NCBI RefSeq assembly: GCF_022539665.2 | Contig: NC_081333.1 | Span: forward strand, 2,914,001 to 2,978,000 | Source of the DNA: Daphnia carinata | Lineage: Eukaryota | Reading direction: 5' to 3' | DNA length: 64,000 nt | Part shown: piece after piece, positions 38,601 to 52,952 of the stretch | How positions within the stretch are numbered: the first letter of the stretch is position 1 | How the letters are laid out: each line of letters begins with the position of its first letter | The notes under the pieces: model-generated | Databases searched by the model: none | Seen by the model: the letters and a program-made list of their open reading frames with translations, nothing else | What the model was told of the DNA's origin: nothing | Translations under genes and position numbers: made by a program

Positions 38601-40350
38601 TGTATGGCGTTAGGATGTAGTTATTTCAATTACTCGAGGCCGTTCTAATCTACTGCGATGTGTGGCGGAGTCTCATCGTTTACTGTTGTGTCTCATTTGT
38701 TATTAACTGCTTTGTGCTGGGGTATTAGCACGGCTAATCTTCTTTGCGATGTTGAATGCCTTGCTTGTTAGTCATATCTTTCATCGTTATCCTCGTCATT
38801 AATGCAGGGAGATAGTCGTACAGTCGAGAAGCTAACGTAGATGCATAGGGTTATTATAGGCATATCGTTTCCATTTGTGTTTTTTCTGTTTGTTCTGTCT
38901 TTTTTTTAAAACGGGTTGGATATATCATAAATTTTTGGCAGTCCTCATTTACAGCGCCTTTTTATTCATTTTTGTATAGCAGAGGAATTTGATAGACGGT
39001 TTCAAGGAATTCGTGTCATTGAATTTTTTAAATGTCAAAGGTCTAATCGGTTTTTGAAAGCGATTAGACAATGTGTCGGGTTTGCAACTACTCTGTCCTG
39101 TGCTGGACAATGTTGATTATCCGTTACGAAGGAGCAGGGGCGATTGTACATTCATTCACGTAGGAGATGAAAGCCTCGGTTCCAACTAGAGTAAGTAAAC
39201 AACATCGCTGTTTACTCCTCTCCGTTTCTTTTTATTTTTTTTTTTTATTTGTGCTAGTCGGGCTTTTATGTTTCTGCTTCAGATCAAAAGCCGAAAATGG
39301 ATGGCAATCTCGAACACATTGATTGTGCCGAACTGGTCAAAAGTGATGCGACTGATTTCGTTTGTCCTGCTGCACTGCAGAAAAGCCATTTGATCTCTGC
39401 TTTATTGAAGAAGCATTTTCGCCAAATCTCGGTGTATTGATTCCCTCTTGTTTTTGTTTGCAAAAAAAAAAAAAAAAGTTTGGCTTTTAGCGACTGCTTT
39501 TAGTGTTATCGAATGTTTATTATTATTTTTTTTTTCAGTAAGTAATAGCCGGGTGAGCTGTTTTTATTTCAACCCACAAGTTTTGATTTTATTATTATTT
39601 CATTTGAATGGCCAACCTTTAAAAATTTCTTTGCGATTCAATGGAAACTAAAAAAAATCGGATGTTTTTTTTTTACAGTGTGGCTTTCAATCACATTTTC
39701 TGAGTTTACTTTTTCAGTACAAAGACATTTTATCCGTGAAGACAACGTCACCTATTGTTTGTTGGGATTTTTATAAATCTTGTCTATAACGTACAGCCCT
39801 TTGAAAACTGCCGTTGGGTTGGTGGCATGTCAGAACTGGACATTTAAAACAAATACCCTCGACATCTGTATGTTTTGCGTATTCACTAGAATCAGATCCA
39901 ACACGGGGTGTAATATCCGCCTTCATTTGACAATCATTTTTGATTTTATATATTTCGTATGTGGCTAAACATAAGGCAATGTGTTTGTTTCCCATTTTCC
40001 CCGAAACTTCATTCTTTTTATCTCGAAAAAGGGAATCGTCTGATGTTAACTGAAAGGTGGGGAACAAATCGGACAGGCTTCTACGTCAGCTCTTAGTTTG
40101 ATTATTGGGTATGTGCTTTGTTACAGTCAGCTCGTATACGTGGTCATTGGACTGCTATTGTGTTGGATGAAATGTCAGATTATTCTTGTGATGGGGTTGC
40201 ACATTTTTCACCTGTGGATACGGGGGTCATATTTATTGAAGCAGGAGCCGTAACAGCTGAAATGTGAGGCGTTATCAAGCTGGCCAGGAACACGGCGAAG
40301 AAGTTGCAAACGAATCTCTTGCTACCAGACGTTTTGTTTTTCTGATCCAT
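29655..40350 (-). CDS. Dpr-like two-Ig cell-surface protein, copy B (tandem paralog of copy A), probably GPI-anchored
   Basis: Same exon structure: 40350-40212, 38559-38345, 33480-33319, 32700-32461, 32398-32143 and 29770-29655 (GDRPAAVQRQSALKSSIPLNVLIFGLNFLLLQMPLQNR*). All junctions are GT-AG and in frame. Confidence 0.88.
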
Positions 40351-43300
40351 TTTGATGTCACTTGGAAGAAGAAAAAAAACAAGATGGCGTCGACGTTCCA
40401 GGAATACTCCGCTTGCCCTAATAATGAGAGAACAAAACAAAATCGATGGCTAATGAGACGAGACAAACGGTTGGATTTCATGCGTCATTAATTTTTATTA
40501 CATCAATTGCGATTGAAACCGCAGTTTTTCTCCACCCCCTACGAATTATCGTTTCGATTATGCACAACAACTTTTTATTTCACTCATCATACTTCCGTTC
40601 GTTGGCACAACAATGCGAACTTTCTCCCGTTTCGTTATACGCGTCTGGGCACGTAAAATATGCGTAGGGTTTGACAACAAAAAGATCAACTAAAAGTTAG
40701 CCGCACTCGATTACTTGTAATCTCATTCTTTTCTCGGCCCCTACCAGTTGCCACCACAGTTTGGCAGGTTTCTCCATTTGCGCCTTTTTCCTCTCAATTG
40801 ACGATGACGATGTCCCCCACCTGAACGGCTAAAGTAAATGATTTCCATACGAAAGATGGCGCTAAGTTATTTTTTTTTTTTTTAAACATGACATGTCCTT
40901 GTTAAAATTTTTTTTTTTTGATGATTGAGCTTTTGGGACATGATTAGTAAACGTAGCATATTAAATGAAGACGAGTCAGCCGCTCTCGTGGAATTATACT
41001 AAGAAGAAGGGAAAGTGTAAATGATACTTTGAGCTTGTCTTTTGGAACTGACTTCTTCTTGATTGTTGAAATGTGTTACAGAAAAGATGCAAGAATTTTA
41101 AAGCAGAAAGGAAATGTGTTGGTACGTTCTTTGTTATGCGGTTGTCCAATTAGGACCTGGCTGGGATCCGACACTTTCTCTCGGGAGACATACTGATCCA
41201 GCCTAATTTGGTTATTTTTAGCTGTTTAATAATTTATTATTTTTTTTTTTTTTTGGAGGGCGGGGAGTATTCGTTACCTCGTCTGATTCGATTTTGAAAA
41301 TTAAGTCAACGTGTCGGTTGACTTGTTCTATTTTTGAAATGGTGGGCGAGATTGTTTCAAGCAAACAAGGAACATGGAAGGAAACAATTTTCGTCTTCCC
41401 TGATTAAAAAAAAAGGACAATTTTTTCATCTGTGTCATTGGTACGATCGATAATCGATAGAACAAACATGTCTACAACGAACGTATCCGAAACGAATTGC
41501 CAAACGTCGTTTATTGAATTGATTTTTACTGTCTTATCATTTTTGTTTTGCTTGAATATCCTCGCCATTGGTTAAACTTCTTTGCAGTTTTCTTTTTTAA
41601 TTCCATGCGTTTATTGTAATCGTAAAAAAAACAAAAAAAACGCACAACGCGGGGTGTTCTGCGGATGATAGCAAGAAGAATTTCAAAAGAAGATGGCACG
41701 TATTTTGTCATTGAAATGGCCTCGGCTCTGTAATTCAAAATAGTGTGTTTGTGTTTTTTCCTTAGTGGAATCATCTTCTCTTGACAAGTTCTTGGATATC
41801 AAACTGGCAGCGTATTGGCATGGAAAATAAGAAAGAAAACAAAGGGCACATTGATGTGCTGCGCTGCGGGGCGTAATCTATCATTCTCTTTTTGCATCTC
41901 GCAACGATAGAACCACCCGTACATCTTTTTGAATTTGATCCAACCGATGGCGTAAAAAATGGCCATCAAAATCCCGCGTAGCCTCAACTGTTTTCTGTCT
42001 CTTTTTTTCTTTCTTTATCGATCAATCATTCTTTGCGGGATTTAACGGCGTAAAACCCTTCTGGCCACGAAATTGTATCCGTACATTTCAACAACCTTCA
42101 CGCTGCCAGATTCTCTCTTTTTTTTCCCCCCCTTTTAGATGGATAGGGTTTTTCTTTTTTAACGGAAAACTACGTTTCACTCTCTTATCGGCAGTGCAGA
42201 ATTGAGAAGCTTCGTACGATCACGAGTAAATCTATAGCGATAGATTATGATCGAGTACGCGCAGAGAGCGTCACATGCAATTTTGGCTACGTTGGCTTTA
42301 CGTTCTTCTCCGTTTTTCTTTTTAAGGGAACGTATCGGCTCGTGTCGGCTTTTATTCCAGTCGTGTGTGTGTGCGCGATGTGTGTGGCAATGTCGTCGTC
42401 CGACTACGTGGCAACGTCGGGCATTACGTGTATGTATATTTCGCGAAGAGACGTTCTGAGTGAGGGGGGAAACGTACCAAACAGACGAGTTCAAAATCGA
42501 AATAAATTTCTGTCACGTTTTCTTTGGGCTGGTTGCACGATCGATCGTTTGAGCTCTTTTATATTAATCTTGATCTAATTTTGTGTGTGTGGTAGAAACA
42601 GGGGTGGGCTTTTTTTTTTAGGCTCATGTCTTCCGGTTTCTTCTTCGAGAGAGAGAGAAAGAGTCGACTAAGCATCTCGTCCATTTGTTTGATTTATTGG
42701 ATTGTTACTTTTTGTTTTTTTCCCCTTTCCATCACATCGATGACGCATTTTAGAATTGATTAAACATCGTTGCCCTTTAATTTTGTGTGTATCGAGGGAG
42801 GGGGGGGGGTTAGATAGAACAGCATCGCTTGCCATAGGCGCGAATAGAAAAGATGTGAAGAAGGGCGTGTCTCGAGATCAAAAGCGGAACTGCTCTCTGT
42901 TGTACATCAAAAGATTTTTTTTTTTTTTTAGAAAATTTTTTGTCCGCCGAGATGCTGCGAGAAGTGAAGCCAAACGATTGGCTATTAAAATTGCGCGATT
43001 AAAATTTTTGCTTCCGGAATTAATGGCGATTATCTTCCCAGAATTTGTTCCATTCCCTTTTCTTTTTTTCTTTTTTTTGGGGCTGTTAGCAAGTTCATAA
43101 TTGAATTATTTATTGATATTTTTGTATTAGAAATACGTACTGCGAATTGCTCTTTTAACCTCTTTGACTTTTGCTTGGCGGGGGGGGGGGGGTGGTGGTA
43201 TATATTTTGACCGTAGTCATTTGTGTTTCCCTTTTTTTTATTTTTTATTGTCGTTCTGACGATTTGTTCAGGGGAAAATAAGTCCCAAGTTGAACTAGAC

Positions 43301-46300
43301 ATTGCCAGACTACAAATTGCTCTCTTTTGACTCAACTCTGTACGCAATCAATGCGAACGCGTCACTCGAAACAACCATGCGATGATGTGAAATATTGCCG
43401 CTTCCCTCGCTGCCGCAGTCGAGCGTTACGTCAACACACTCCGCCTCCTAACGTTTCATCTCTACAGGTTACCAAAGTTAACCGGAAACAATACTAAGAG
43501 TTTGAAGAAGAGGGCAAAAAAAAAAAAAAACAAGGGTTGAGGAGCATATCTTGGATCGTAACGCCTCAGCTAACTGTTCCAAAGACCGAAACGGCCCAAC
43601 TCCTTTCACTGGAGCTGATTTATAAGGTCGATGCCGGGGCATCCTACCACAGGGTTTGGTCGTCAAAAGCCGATTAGTAAACATCTTTTCTTCCTTAAAA
43701 AAAAAGGGAGGGGGGATGGGGTATTTAAATCATTTATTTTTTTGGCAATCCGCACAAAGGGCGGAGAAACAAAATAATAGAAAAAAAAAAAAAAAATAGA
43801 CATACTCTTAGTTGAGGTGCACTTTGCAGTTTCAAAAGACACTGAAAAGGGCATTGGCTGGAAGCGAAAAAAAAAAAAAAGAAAGCCTTTAGATTTGAGC
43901 CCAGGCTGAAAACACACGCACGGCCAAGTCGAGAGCCCCCCCCCTCCCCCGTTTGTTGTATGTTCAATCCAATCAAACCATACCCTATGCCTTGAAAAAA
44001 AAAAAAAAAAAAAAATCCCCACGCACCAGCCAAGAAGAAAAGATTTAGAACAGATTGTAGTTGTAGTGACTGTTATAAATGATGACGTCAAATTTAAGGC
44101 GACGTTTTTTTTTTTTTGACTGATTGTGGGGCTGCCGACCGTGCAACTCGGTAATGCGTGTGCACCGTTGGGCGTTGCGACGGCTTCCTATTTTTCTTTA
44201 AAAAAAAAAAAGGAAGGTTCAACTGAGAACAGTTAAAAGATGTACACGCTTCATTATTCATGTATGCCACTTTTCGCATCGGGTTCTTTTTTTTTTTTTT
44301 TTTCTGTATTTTCTTAACAACAAACTTTCCTTTCATCTTGGCTTCTTTCAACGTTTTTTATTTTCTATGCTTATTGTTGGAATAATCAACGTAATGAGAC
44401 TCTTCTTGTATGCGTCTCGTTTCAATTTTTAAAGTCGGCATTTCAGTGGGATTTGTTTTGAAAAATTCGAGGGAAAAAAAAAATAATTAAGGTTAAAAAA
44501 AAAAAAAAATACAAAATTAGACTTGAGCGACCCGGCAATGGCGTGTGCATTACTACTCGTAACGCCTTTCTTTTCGGATGGTGGCAGCAGCAGTCACATC
44601 CGTTTACGCGTTTTTTTTTTTTTTTTTTTTTTTGTAGATCGATGTACTTGTGCATAAACCGCAAAGAGTGCGGGTAAGGGGAAAAGCTGCTGGAAATTGC
44701 GCTGTTATGTCTCCATTCGAGAATGAAGTTGAAAGAAAAATCGTGTCTTTTCGTTTCATCCGAGCAATTGTACGCGCCTTATTTCCTCGTTTTGTCGCAG
44801 CTTCCGGTGTGATAAGAAAGTTCTTCCCCTCGAACCCCCCCCCCCCCCCCTTTTTTTATATTTATTTATTTATTTATTTATTTTTTTTTTTGCGGCCTTT
44901 TTTTGCTTCGACCAAAACACCCATTTGAGGCTACTAGATGAAATGAGAAGAGCATCACACGCTTGATGGAGGTCATTGGTCTTGCTTTCACAAACTGAAT
45001 GGCTCGTATAAAATAAGAGTCCCCGCTCACTCCTTTTTTGTTTCCTTCTACCCCCAATCTTTTGGCGAAAAAAAACAAAAAAAACTGGAAGTTTCCAAAA
45101 AAAAATAAGGTTCTGGTTCACTATGGTCAACCGGCATGTCCTTCGGTCAAAATGTTTATTCTATTTTTCTTTTTGGCTTTCCGCTGTTGGGTTTCCATGC
45201 ATACATTGTGTACAGGGGGGGGGGGGGGATGCCTTTACTCTGGGAGAAAAGAGTACACGTGTCCGTAAGAGCCAAGTGAGGCTTATATTGTACTACAGAG
45301 AGCCATTAGATTAGGAAGTTTGTTTTGTTTTTTTTTTCTTTTTCTTTTCCTTCTTGTTTTCATTTTGTTGTAATTTTTGATGCGTATCCTGCTGTGGGTG
45401 CACAGAGGATGACGTAATGATGGGAAAAAGGCGGCGGAAATAGCTGTACGAAAGAATCAAGCGAAATAACTATGGCACAGCTTTAACGCTTGTTATTAAT
45501 AGGACAGATGCTACATTCTGCAAACTTGTATGCAAATATCCGCTCCACCCATTCCTTTCATTTTTTTTTTCCCTTCCCGCTTTTCGTTCGTTTATTTGAT
45601 CAGTCGAACGCAGAAAAACTTTTAATATAAACGTATCCCTTTTTACATTTTATCGAACAGTTTCGAAATTCGTTAAACAGTTTTTCTTATTGGGAGACGT
45701 TTGATTCGCTTAATGTCGACGTTTAGGATTTATGCCGCCCTTTTTTTTTTTTTCTCTCCGTATTACAGTCCTGATGAACTGTATTAAAAAAAAAGAAACG
45801 ATCAAACAGCAAAAAAAAAAAAAAGGCCGTTTGGCTACAGCAATTTCGAAATTATACGACGGACAGTAACCGGTTGAACGGCGCGAGCCAGTCGTCCAAT
45901 CAGATTGATGCGTGCGAGTCAAAATATATATATATATGTACGTCTCCCCGTAGCTCTTAATATATTTTTATGATTTCCTCCGTAAACATTAAAGAGCGAT
46001 GTAAATGTAGTCTGCCACGGACGCAAAATATTGCCCATTATTTGTGTGTCGGGCTTTATTGTTTCAATTGCTGCATCGCTTTTAGCTGCCAAACGTTTGG
46101 CTTTAGAGAGAGATTTCCAATGTTATATAACCAGTTTGGACTTGCCTCGTTTGATGTAATAGACACACACACACACACAAAATAGCTGCCACCAGCTATT
46201 CACCCATATTCACAATAGCCTGTCGTGTGAATAGTTCATTGACAATAAGGAATATGAACTCGTATGACGTCATTTTCTCTCTTTAAAAAGAAAACAAAAA

Positions 46301-47111
46301 AAACATGTCGGTGGCTGATGAATAAGATCTGTGTAACACTCGAAAGTTGAATTAAAAAAAAAAAAAAAAGCGCGTCTTTTTGTCGTTGTGTCTTGTAGCC
46401 TGTAACATAGACAATCGCGTTTCACGCTTGGACGCGTCCCTTTTGCGCGTCGCGCTAAAGTTTTGCATTCGATGAAGCGGGCCGGACAAACAAAAGAGTT
46501 CGCTATCGCCATATTACTGAAGTTGCACCCGATCGATGATCTCGCTCCAAACAGGCTTTTCTTTTACTTGCTTCTTATTCTACTGAAAATGTATATGCTT
46601 TAAAAAAAAAAAAGAATGGGAAAGCCTAAAAGGGGAGTGGTTTGCACGCGATGATCGAGAAAGGAATAGTCGATATTGTCAACTATTGAATTCGAATTAT
46701 TTTTGCATTATTTTCATATTTTGTATGCGTTTAAGTGATGGAACAAGTTTCTATAGTTCGTCGGCGGGCATTTCGAAACTGGACTTTTGCTGATAAGAGG
46801 GAGGCCGGGGATCAATGTAGAGACACATACGATGGGGCCCTTCAGCGCGTTAACACATGGATGGAGATCATTGAATCATTGGTTGATGGCCGTCTGATCT
46901 CTCACGAGAACTCGACAGCCACTTTCTTTTGTTTTGTCCCTCTTCTCGTGCTTCATTTATTCCGATGACGAATTGAAGATTGGATCAGTTTCAACGTTTG
47001 ATTTTGTTTTTTTTCTTTTCTATCACGTTCCATCTTAAAATGGATGGTATAAGAAAATATTAGATTTTTTCCCACGTCTTGCACGTGCACGTTCTTTTTT
47101 CTTTTCTTTTG

Positions 47112-47114
<3 letters not shown>

Positions 47115-47156
<42 letters not shown>
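47115..47156. repeat. (TG)21 microsatellite
   Basis: Perfect dinucleotide run seen directly. Confidence 0.95.
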
Positions 47157-47157
<1 letters not shown>

Positions 47158-50100
47158 AAAACTGACAATCGATGACTGCATCCGGCATGTCCGTCAGTCT
47201 GATGACAATTGAAAAACAAACAAAGACGGCCATGTCAACTAGCAAAATTCTCGTTTAGATCTTAAAACTTCATTAAGTTTTCCAGGCCGCCTTCCCGCGG
47301 CTGTTGCGGATGCAGATGGGATGGCTATAGACGGGGTGTGTTGGGTTTTTGTATCCGTCGGCGACGAAGGAATACAAAACAGTTGGGACTAAACAGGTCA
47401 AAAAAGAAGGGGGAATGGGGGGGGGGGCGCAATTAATATGCAGAAGACGTGAAATGGCACACTAGTACGAAAGAAGACGCTTTTGCCATCTTGTGCGGTC
47501 ACTTGTATTTTCATGTTTTGGTCTCTGTGGGGGGGATTTTTGTCTTGAATATTTTTGACGTGTACCCGATGACTTTGCGCTAGTGACGTGATCAGATGTT
47601 AGGACGATGGGGACGTGCGTTCGTCGTAGAGGCTGTTGGCGGGGTTGTTGAAATGAATTTTGGGTCTTTTACAAAAGCGTTAAATCAGGAATGATTGACA
47701 ACGTGATTATAGTGCACGTGAAAGAAAACTAAAGATCCTATTGAATTGCAGATGATTTACTTAAGGGCCGGGGGGGGGGGGGGTCATGCCGAAAAGATTC
47801 GCGTCTCCATGTGCTGCATTAATTAGCGTTATTGACTGATCGAAAAGAAATGAGGACAAAATCGATTTAAGAAAAAAAAGAATGTTATTTGCTAATTTGT
47901 TTGCCTTTGTCAATGTGATTGGGAGGAAAAGTTTTGTTAGTTGAACGATGTCTTTATGCTTGTGACATTAACTCGTGCAGTTCCAATTTGCTGCTAGGTC
48001 ATTGCCCCAGCCAGAAAGCTAAAATAATATGACGTTTTTTTAGACGTACTCGGTCGTTTTCACATTTTTTTTTTTTTTTTTTTTTTTTAGTATTAGGAAC
48101 TTGCGTCAAATTCTTTCTGTGTTTCGTGATCAGCAAAATAAAGAAGATGAAAAACTCACGTTGCCTTGACGACGGCCATTGCGCGTCTCAACTGCCAATC
48201 TGCGAGACCCGGCGGTATTGTTTATTAGGTCTTTTTTTTTTTTTTTCACGATTTGTCCGCCATGAACATCAGGTAATGGCCGATAAAACAAAAATAGGAA
48301 GACTTAAAAAACAAAACAAAAAAAAAAACACGGCATTGCATCGCTGGAAATGTGGGGGGGAGAAACGGGATTAAGAACGTACGCGTCCTTTCGAATAATA
48401 ATAGCCTCTGATTTCTCGTTCCGCAGCTCTGAATGTATTTGGAATGTCCGTTTTTCTTATGTCTATGGACAAAGTCCGTGCAATGCGGTGCGTGATACCT
48501 TGTGTTTTATAATCCAACGAGCCACACCCTTCTCTGTGATCTTAAGATATCGATCGATGTCTGCGGTGGTGCTGTTTGCTTTCACGCCGAACTTCTGGAT
48601 TTCAGTCAGCAACTCTTCCGATGGGGGGGGGGGGGGAGAGAGAAAGAGAGAAAGAGAAAATCAATCAGTCGTGCTGGATCTGATTTCTTATTAACTTCTT
48701 TTTTTTGCCACCACGGCAGCGTCCATGACTTTATAAACGTGGGCCTTTTGTGTGTGTAGACCCCCCCCCCCCCTTTTTTTTTGTGACGCACTTTTCTTGA
48801 TTGCCTCTTGCTGACACGCTGATCTTACACATCATCTGTCAGCCGAATTACGAGGAGTGTTTTAGGAATAATTTTCATGCTTCGTATCGATTTTCACGCG
48901 GTCATATGAACCCTCCGCCCCCCCATAGTTTTATTTCATTTCGTTTGGTTTCCTTGTCCGCAAAAAAAAAGAAAAAAACTTTCATTTTTAACTCGAAACG
49001 ATTAAGCAAGCAAGGCTGTTGAAAAAAACAAAATAAAAGATGTGCCGCAAAACAGAGTTGGCAAGAGGAACTTTATAATTCGATTCCCAAGTTCTTTGGT
49101 AACACTGTAGAAACATGGCAGCCTAAATAAATTATTGATTGATTTTTTTTTTTTACTTTCATTCGATACCGCTGTTACGCACATATTTTACGGTCTGTGC
49201 GATCAAAAGCGGGGGGACGCGACAGGATTTGATGAGCCCCCCTCCAAAAAAAAAAAGAACAAAATAAAAGCGGCCGTACGTGATTCGATGCGAAACTGCT
49301 TTCGTATTTTTCTTTTTTTTTTTTTTTTTTTTTTTGGATAGTGAATGTTGAAACAGTTTGACGTTAATAAAAAGAATGGCCGAGACATTGTGGTGTGACA
49401 CTCGAAATTTCGATTCTTTTGTTCAATTTTTTTTTTTTATTGTGTGTGTTAGAAAAGCGCTACAAGGTTCCGTTAGACCCTTTCACCTCACGCTAATTGA
49501 CGTAACAATGAAATAGTGTGACAGGTATTCGTGCTGTCGCCAAAGGCCCGTGGGCCTATTGCAGGTCCTTTTTTTTTTTTTTTTTTTCGTAATCACATTA
49601 CGTCTGTTTGCCCGTGTTTGCTTGGAGTAGAACGCAACTTGATTTCCGGCCTTCACCTGTATTACGTTTACCGTGAGCTTATTTGTTTTTCTTATTTTAT
49701 TTTCTTGTTTTTGCTACGCCCACACATTGAAATGGATTGTTTGTTTGTTTGTTTTATTTGGCTGCATTCGTCTTTCTATAGCACGTATAGTGAATACGTC
49801 TTACATATTCACGTATGTAATAAGCCTATACATAATACATAAGGAAATCGTTTTTTTTTTTTTACACAGGAATTACTCACGCCAAGGCGGCCGCCCGTTT
49901 TGTATGAATTTTGCCAATGGCGAGGGGATTTTTACTGTTACGATTAATCGCGATTTATTGCGTATTGAGATTTGGAGGAAGCGTCGAAATAACGTGCCGG
50001 TGTAAATGCTGAACTTGACTTTGAAAAAGGCGAGTCATTTAAAAGGTAAAACTAAATTGAGGGACATTGGATTCGAATGTAAATTGGCCGTCAGCCGATG

Positions 50101-52320
50101 AATTTCAAAACAGCGATCCAATTATCGTACGAAAAAAAAAACAAAAAAAAACGATGTAAGACATTTTAACGACGCAGACTGTCGCTTTCCGTTTTGCTAC
50201 TTTGTTGGACATCTTAAACGTATTTCTTTTTCTAGTCGTTTATAGGCGCGTTAAAAGCTCGAGCGCTAAACAAAAGATGGTCACAACATTTTCAAACTCT
50301 TGGTATCGTGCGTGCGCCTAATCGCACAAAGATGATTACCAACCTTTTTTTACGTATTCGTTTGAAAACTGTTGTTGGTTTACGTAACGTATCACGTAAC
50401 TGTTTTATTTTTCCAATTAGCTTTTGAAACTAATTGTTTTAATCTTGTTCCTCCTCGATTTCTGTTGGGATTTTGCAACACTTTCGAGTTGAGGAAACAG
50501 AAAACAAAAAACTTTCCGTCCTTTCTTGTATCGATTTCAAGAAGTGAAACTTTTTTTGCGTAATGGGACACTTCCGGATGCGTCGACCAACTTTCCACTA
50601 GAAAAAAAAAAAATAAATAAAATAAAGGGCTGCAAAGTGTATAGCGCAGGGGAACACAAAACTCTGCGAGCTTCTCCGAAATGTGTTTTCCATGCATACG
50701 CAGCACGTTCTTTTAGAAAGGGGGGGGGGGGGATATCTCGCTTTCATAAATTTCAAAGTTTTCAGCTCGTTTAATGATCTTTAGCTGTTTTATTTTCCTA
50801 ATCACTTGATAATCAGTTTTCCAAAAAAAAAATGGCCCTAACTTTTGCAGGCTGAATTTTCTTGTTTACGTTTTACGCTATTCAAAAAATTGTTTCTCAT
50901 TATCCAGTTTTCAATAGAACATCACGTTAGGCCAGCGTTAAAGCCTTTGCCATGTCTTTTCTATCTAAATGATTGCTGAAACCCGTCATTTTTTTTTTTT
51001 TTTTTTCAAATGAACATTTCAGGAAGAAGAGAGAGAGACTGTGTATAAAACATGGTTGGCTTATGTTAGCCTTAAAAACAGAAGTACCAAAAAAAAAAAA
51101 AAAAAAAGACGGGGGGGGGGAAAGCCGATTATTGAGATTTTCATCACGAAAAAGAAGTTTCTTCCACTCGACGACTTCTTCTTTTCCACTCGTTGATTTT
51201 CGGGCGGGGAGGGTTTGTAACAGTTGCCTAGCTTTTTTTTTTTTTTTTTTTTTTTTCTTTTTGCCATTGCTCCAGTAAATCTGTGGAAATTCTCTTTTTC
51301 TTTCGTGCTTCTTTTTGATTTGATTCGCCATCGGTCGTGTTTCTTTTAAATGAAGACGCAAACCGGAGGGAGGGGAGGCATATAATGTAAATGAAGATGG
51401 TAGCTAATAGAGAAAAATGATAACCAGAAGAAGACGGGGGATATTTTACAAATTGATACGCATATTTTGCTAACAATCACCGGCCGTCGTTTTCGATTAC
51501 TCGCCATTTCCATTACGTTTTGGAAATTGGGGGGGGGGGGGGTTGTCTTTCTTTCTTTCTTTTTTGAGGAGAGGGGTAATCATTAGCTCAAAAAAGAAGA
51601 GAACGTCTGCGAGCGTGTATGATTCACAATGTATAGATGGTGATGAAACATCAGCTGCAACATAAGTGGAACGCTCTATGCGTTTTCAAGTCAAAACTGT
51701 AGATCAAAGCGCAATATGACCAGAACAAGTTTCTCTGCGCTTCGACAAAAGCCGAATTTCTAGCCTTGGCATTTGCGCGAATATCTATAGCACATGCATG
51801 TTTTGCTAGTTCATGAATTAGGATGAAGAGAGGGGGGGGGGAGGGGGTTAGGTTAGTCAGTACAATAGTTGTGGAGAGTGGTGGTGAACAGCGTAATTTG
51901 AATTGTCTTTCATGAAGCCCTGCATATATTTCCATTCATAACGATAACTCTGCGAATAAACTTGAGCGTTTCGTTACCATCAAGTTTTAGCGAGGAGGGT
52001 TCAACAGTAAAAGGGCCTTTTTTAATGTGCCAACATTAATGAACGAATACTCCCCACCCCCCCACCTCCCAAAAAAAAAAAAACAACAAACAAACAAAAC
52101 AAAAGACAATTCGCCTTGAAAGAAAATGAAAACATTAGAGACTTACCTTCGTAAAATAGCTGAGATGTAAAACAATTGAAACGGAAACACCTCGTGTTTT
52201 GTTTTCGGGCGTATAATTTTTCTATTTATTATTTTTTTTTAAATGTTGCAACACTTAAACAATGAACGATGAATTGTTTAATTTAACACACTATATCGAT
52301 ACGTTTGCTCAGTGTCCACC

Positions 52321-52322
<2 letters not shown>

Positions 52323-52351
<29 letters not shown>
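52323..52351. repeat. T29 homopolymer
   Basis: Seen directly; lies within the putative first (non-coding) exon of Dpr copy B. Confidence 0.85.
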
Positions 52352-52699
52352 GGGTTTTTTAAATGTCACACTTTCGCCATTTGTCTATCGCTGATGTTTG
52401 GCCGCTCGTTGGATGACAGGAAGAACCAATAACGGGAAGTAGAAGCTGAATATTGAACATGATTCGTGTTCTCTGCCGCGCAGTTTGGGCCTTGCCCTCG
52501 CCCCCAAAAGAAAATCTTTGAAACAGTAACAAAGAATTTGAATGAAGAATAAAAAAAAAATAAAGGGGGGGGGGGGAAGCGCGTGAATGAAGAGACACTG
52601 CGCGAAATAGCAAATCAGCAAACAACAAGAAAAACAAAACAAAACAAAAACGGCTCATAAATGCTTGAGTTGCTCCGTGTTCCAACTATGCCAACATCA

Positions 52700-52735
52700 C
52701 CGACTGAAATGCACAGGCCGTCGAACACTGTCGAC
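52700..52735 (-). promoter_or_regulatory. Putative core promoter/Initiator of Dpr-like copy B (TCAGTC; +1 about 52705)
   Basis: Paralogous to the 25121-25160 block. A consensus donor AAG|GTAAGT lies at 52147/52146 and an acceptor at 40361 lies just before the ATG. Confidence 0.5.
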
Positions 52736-52952
52736 GGAGCACGACACGAAAATCCAACAGAGGGACCGGACCAAAAGGGCCAACACACAAAAAAAAAAAA
52801 AAGAAGGTGCGAGTCTGCGCACTTCCCGTTCGATATGGGTTGGGGACACGTTTTACAAATGGCCCCCCCCCCCAAAAAAAAAAAAAAAAAATGAAATCCC
52901 AACTGTTGTTTCACATTCTTATTCGATTTTTTTTTGTTTTGTTTTGTTTTTG

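Noticed and set aside
9251..40350. The two Dpr copies as an uncollapsed haplotype or assembly duplication
   Set aside because: Introns, UTRs and exons 1 and 2 are far too divergent for alleles, and the flanking genes are single-copy.
41500..52650. Numerous short poly-K/poly-F ORFs
   Set aside because: Artefacts of A/T homopolymers in intronic DNA.
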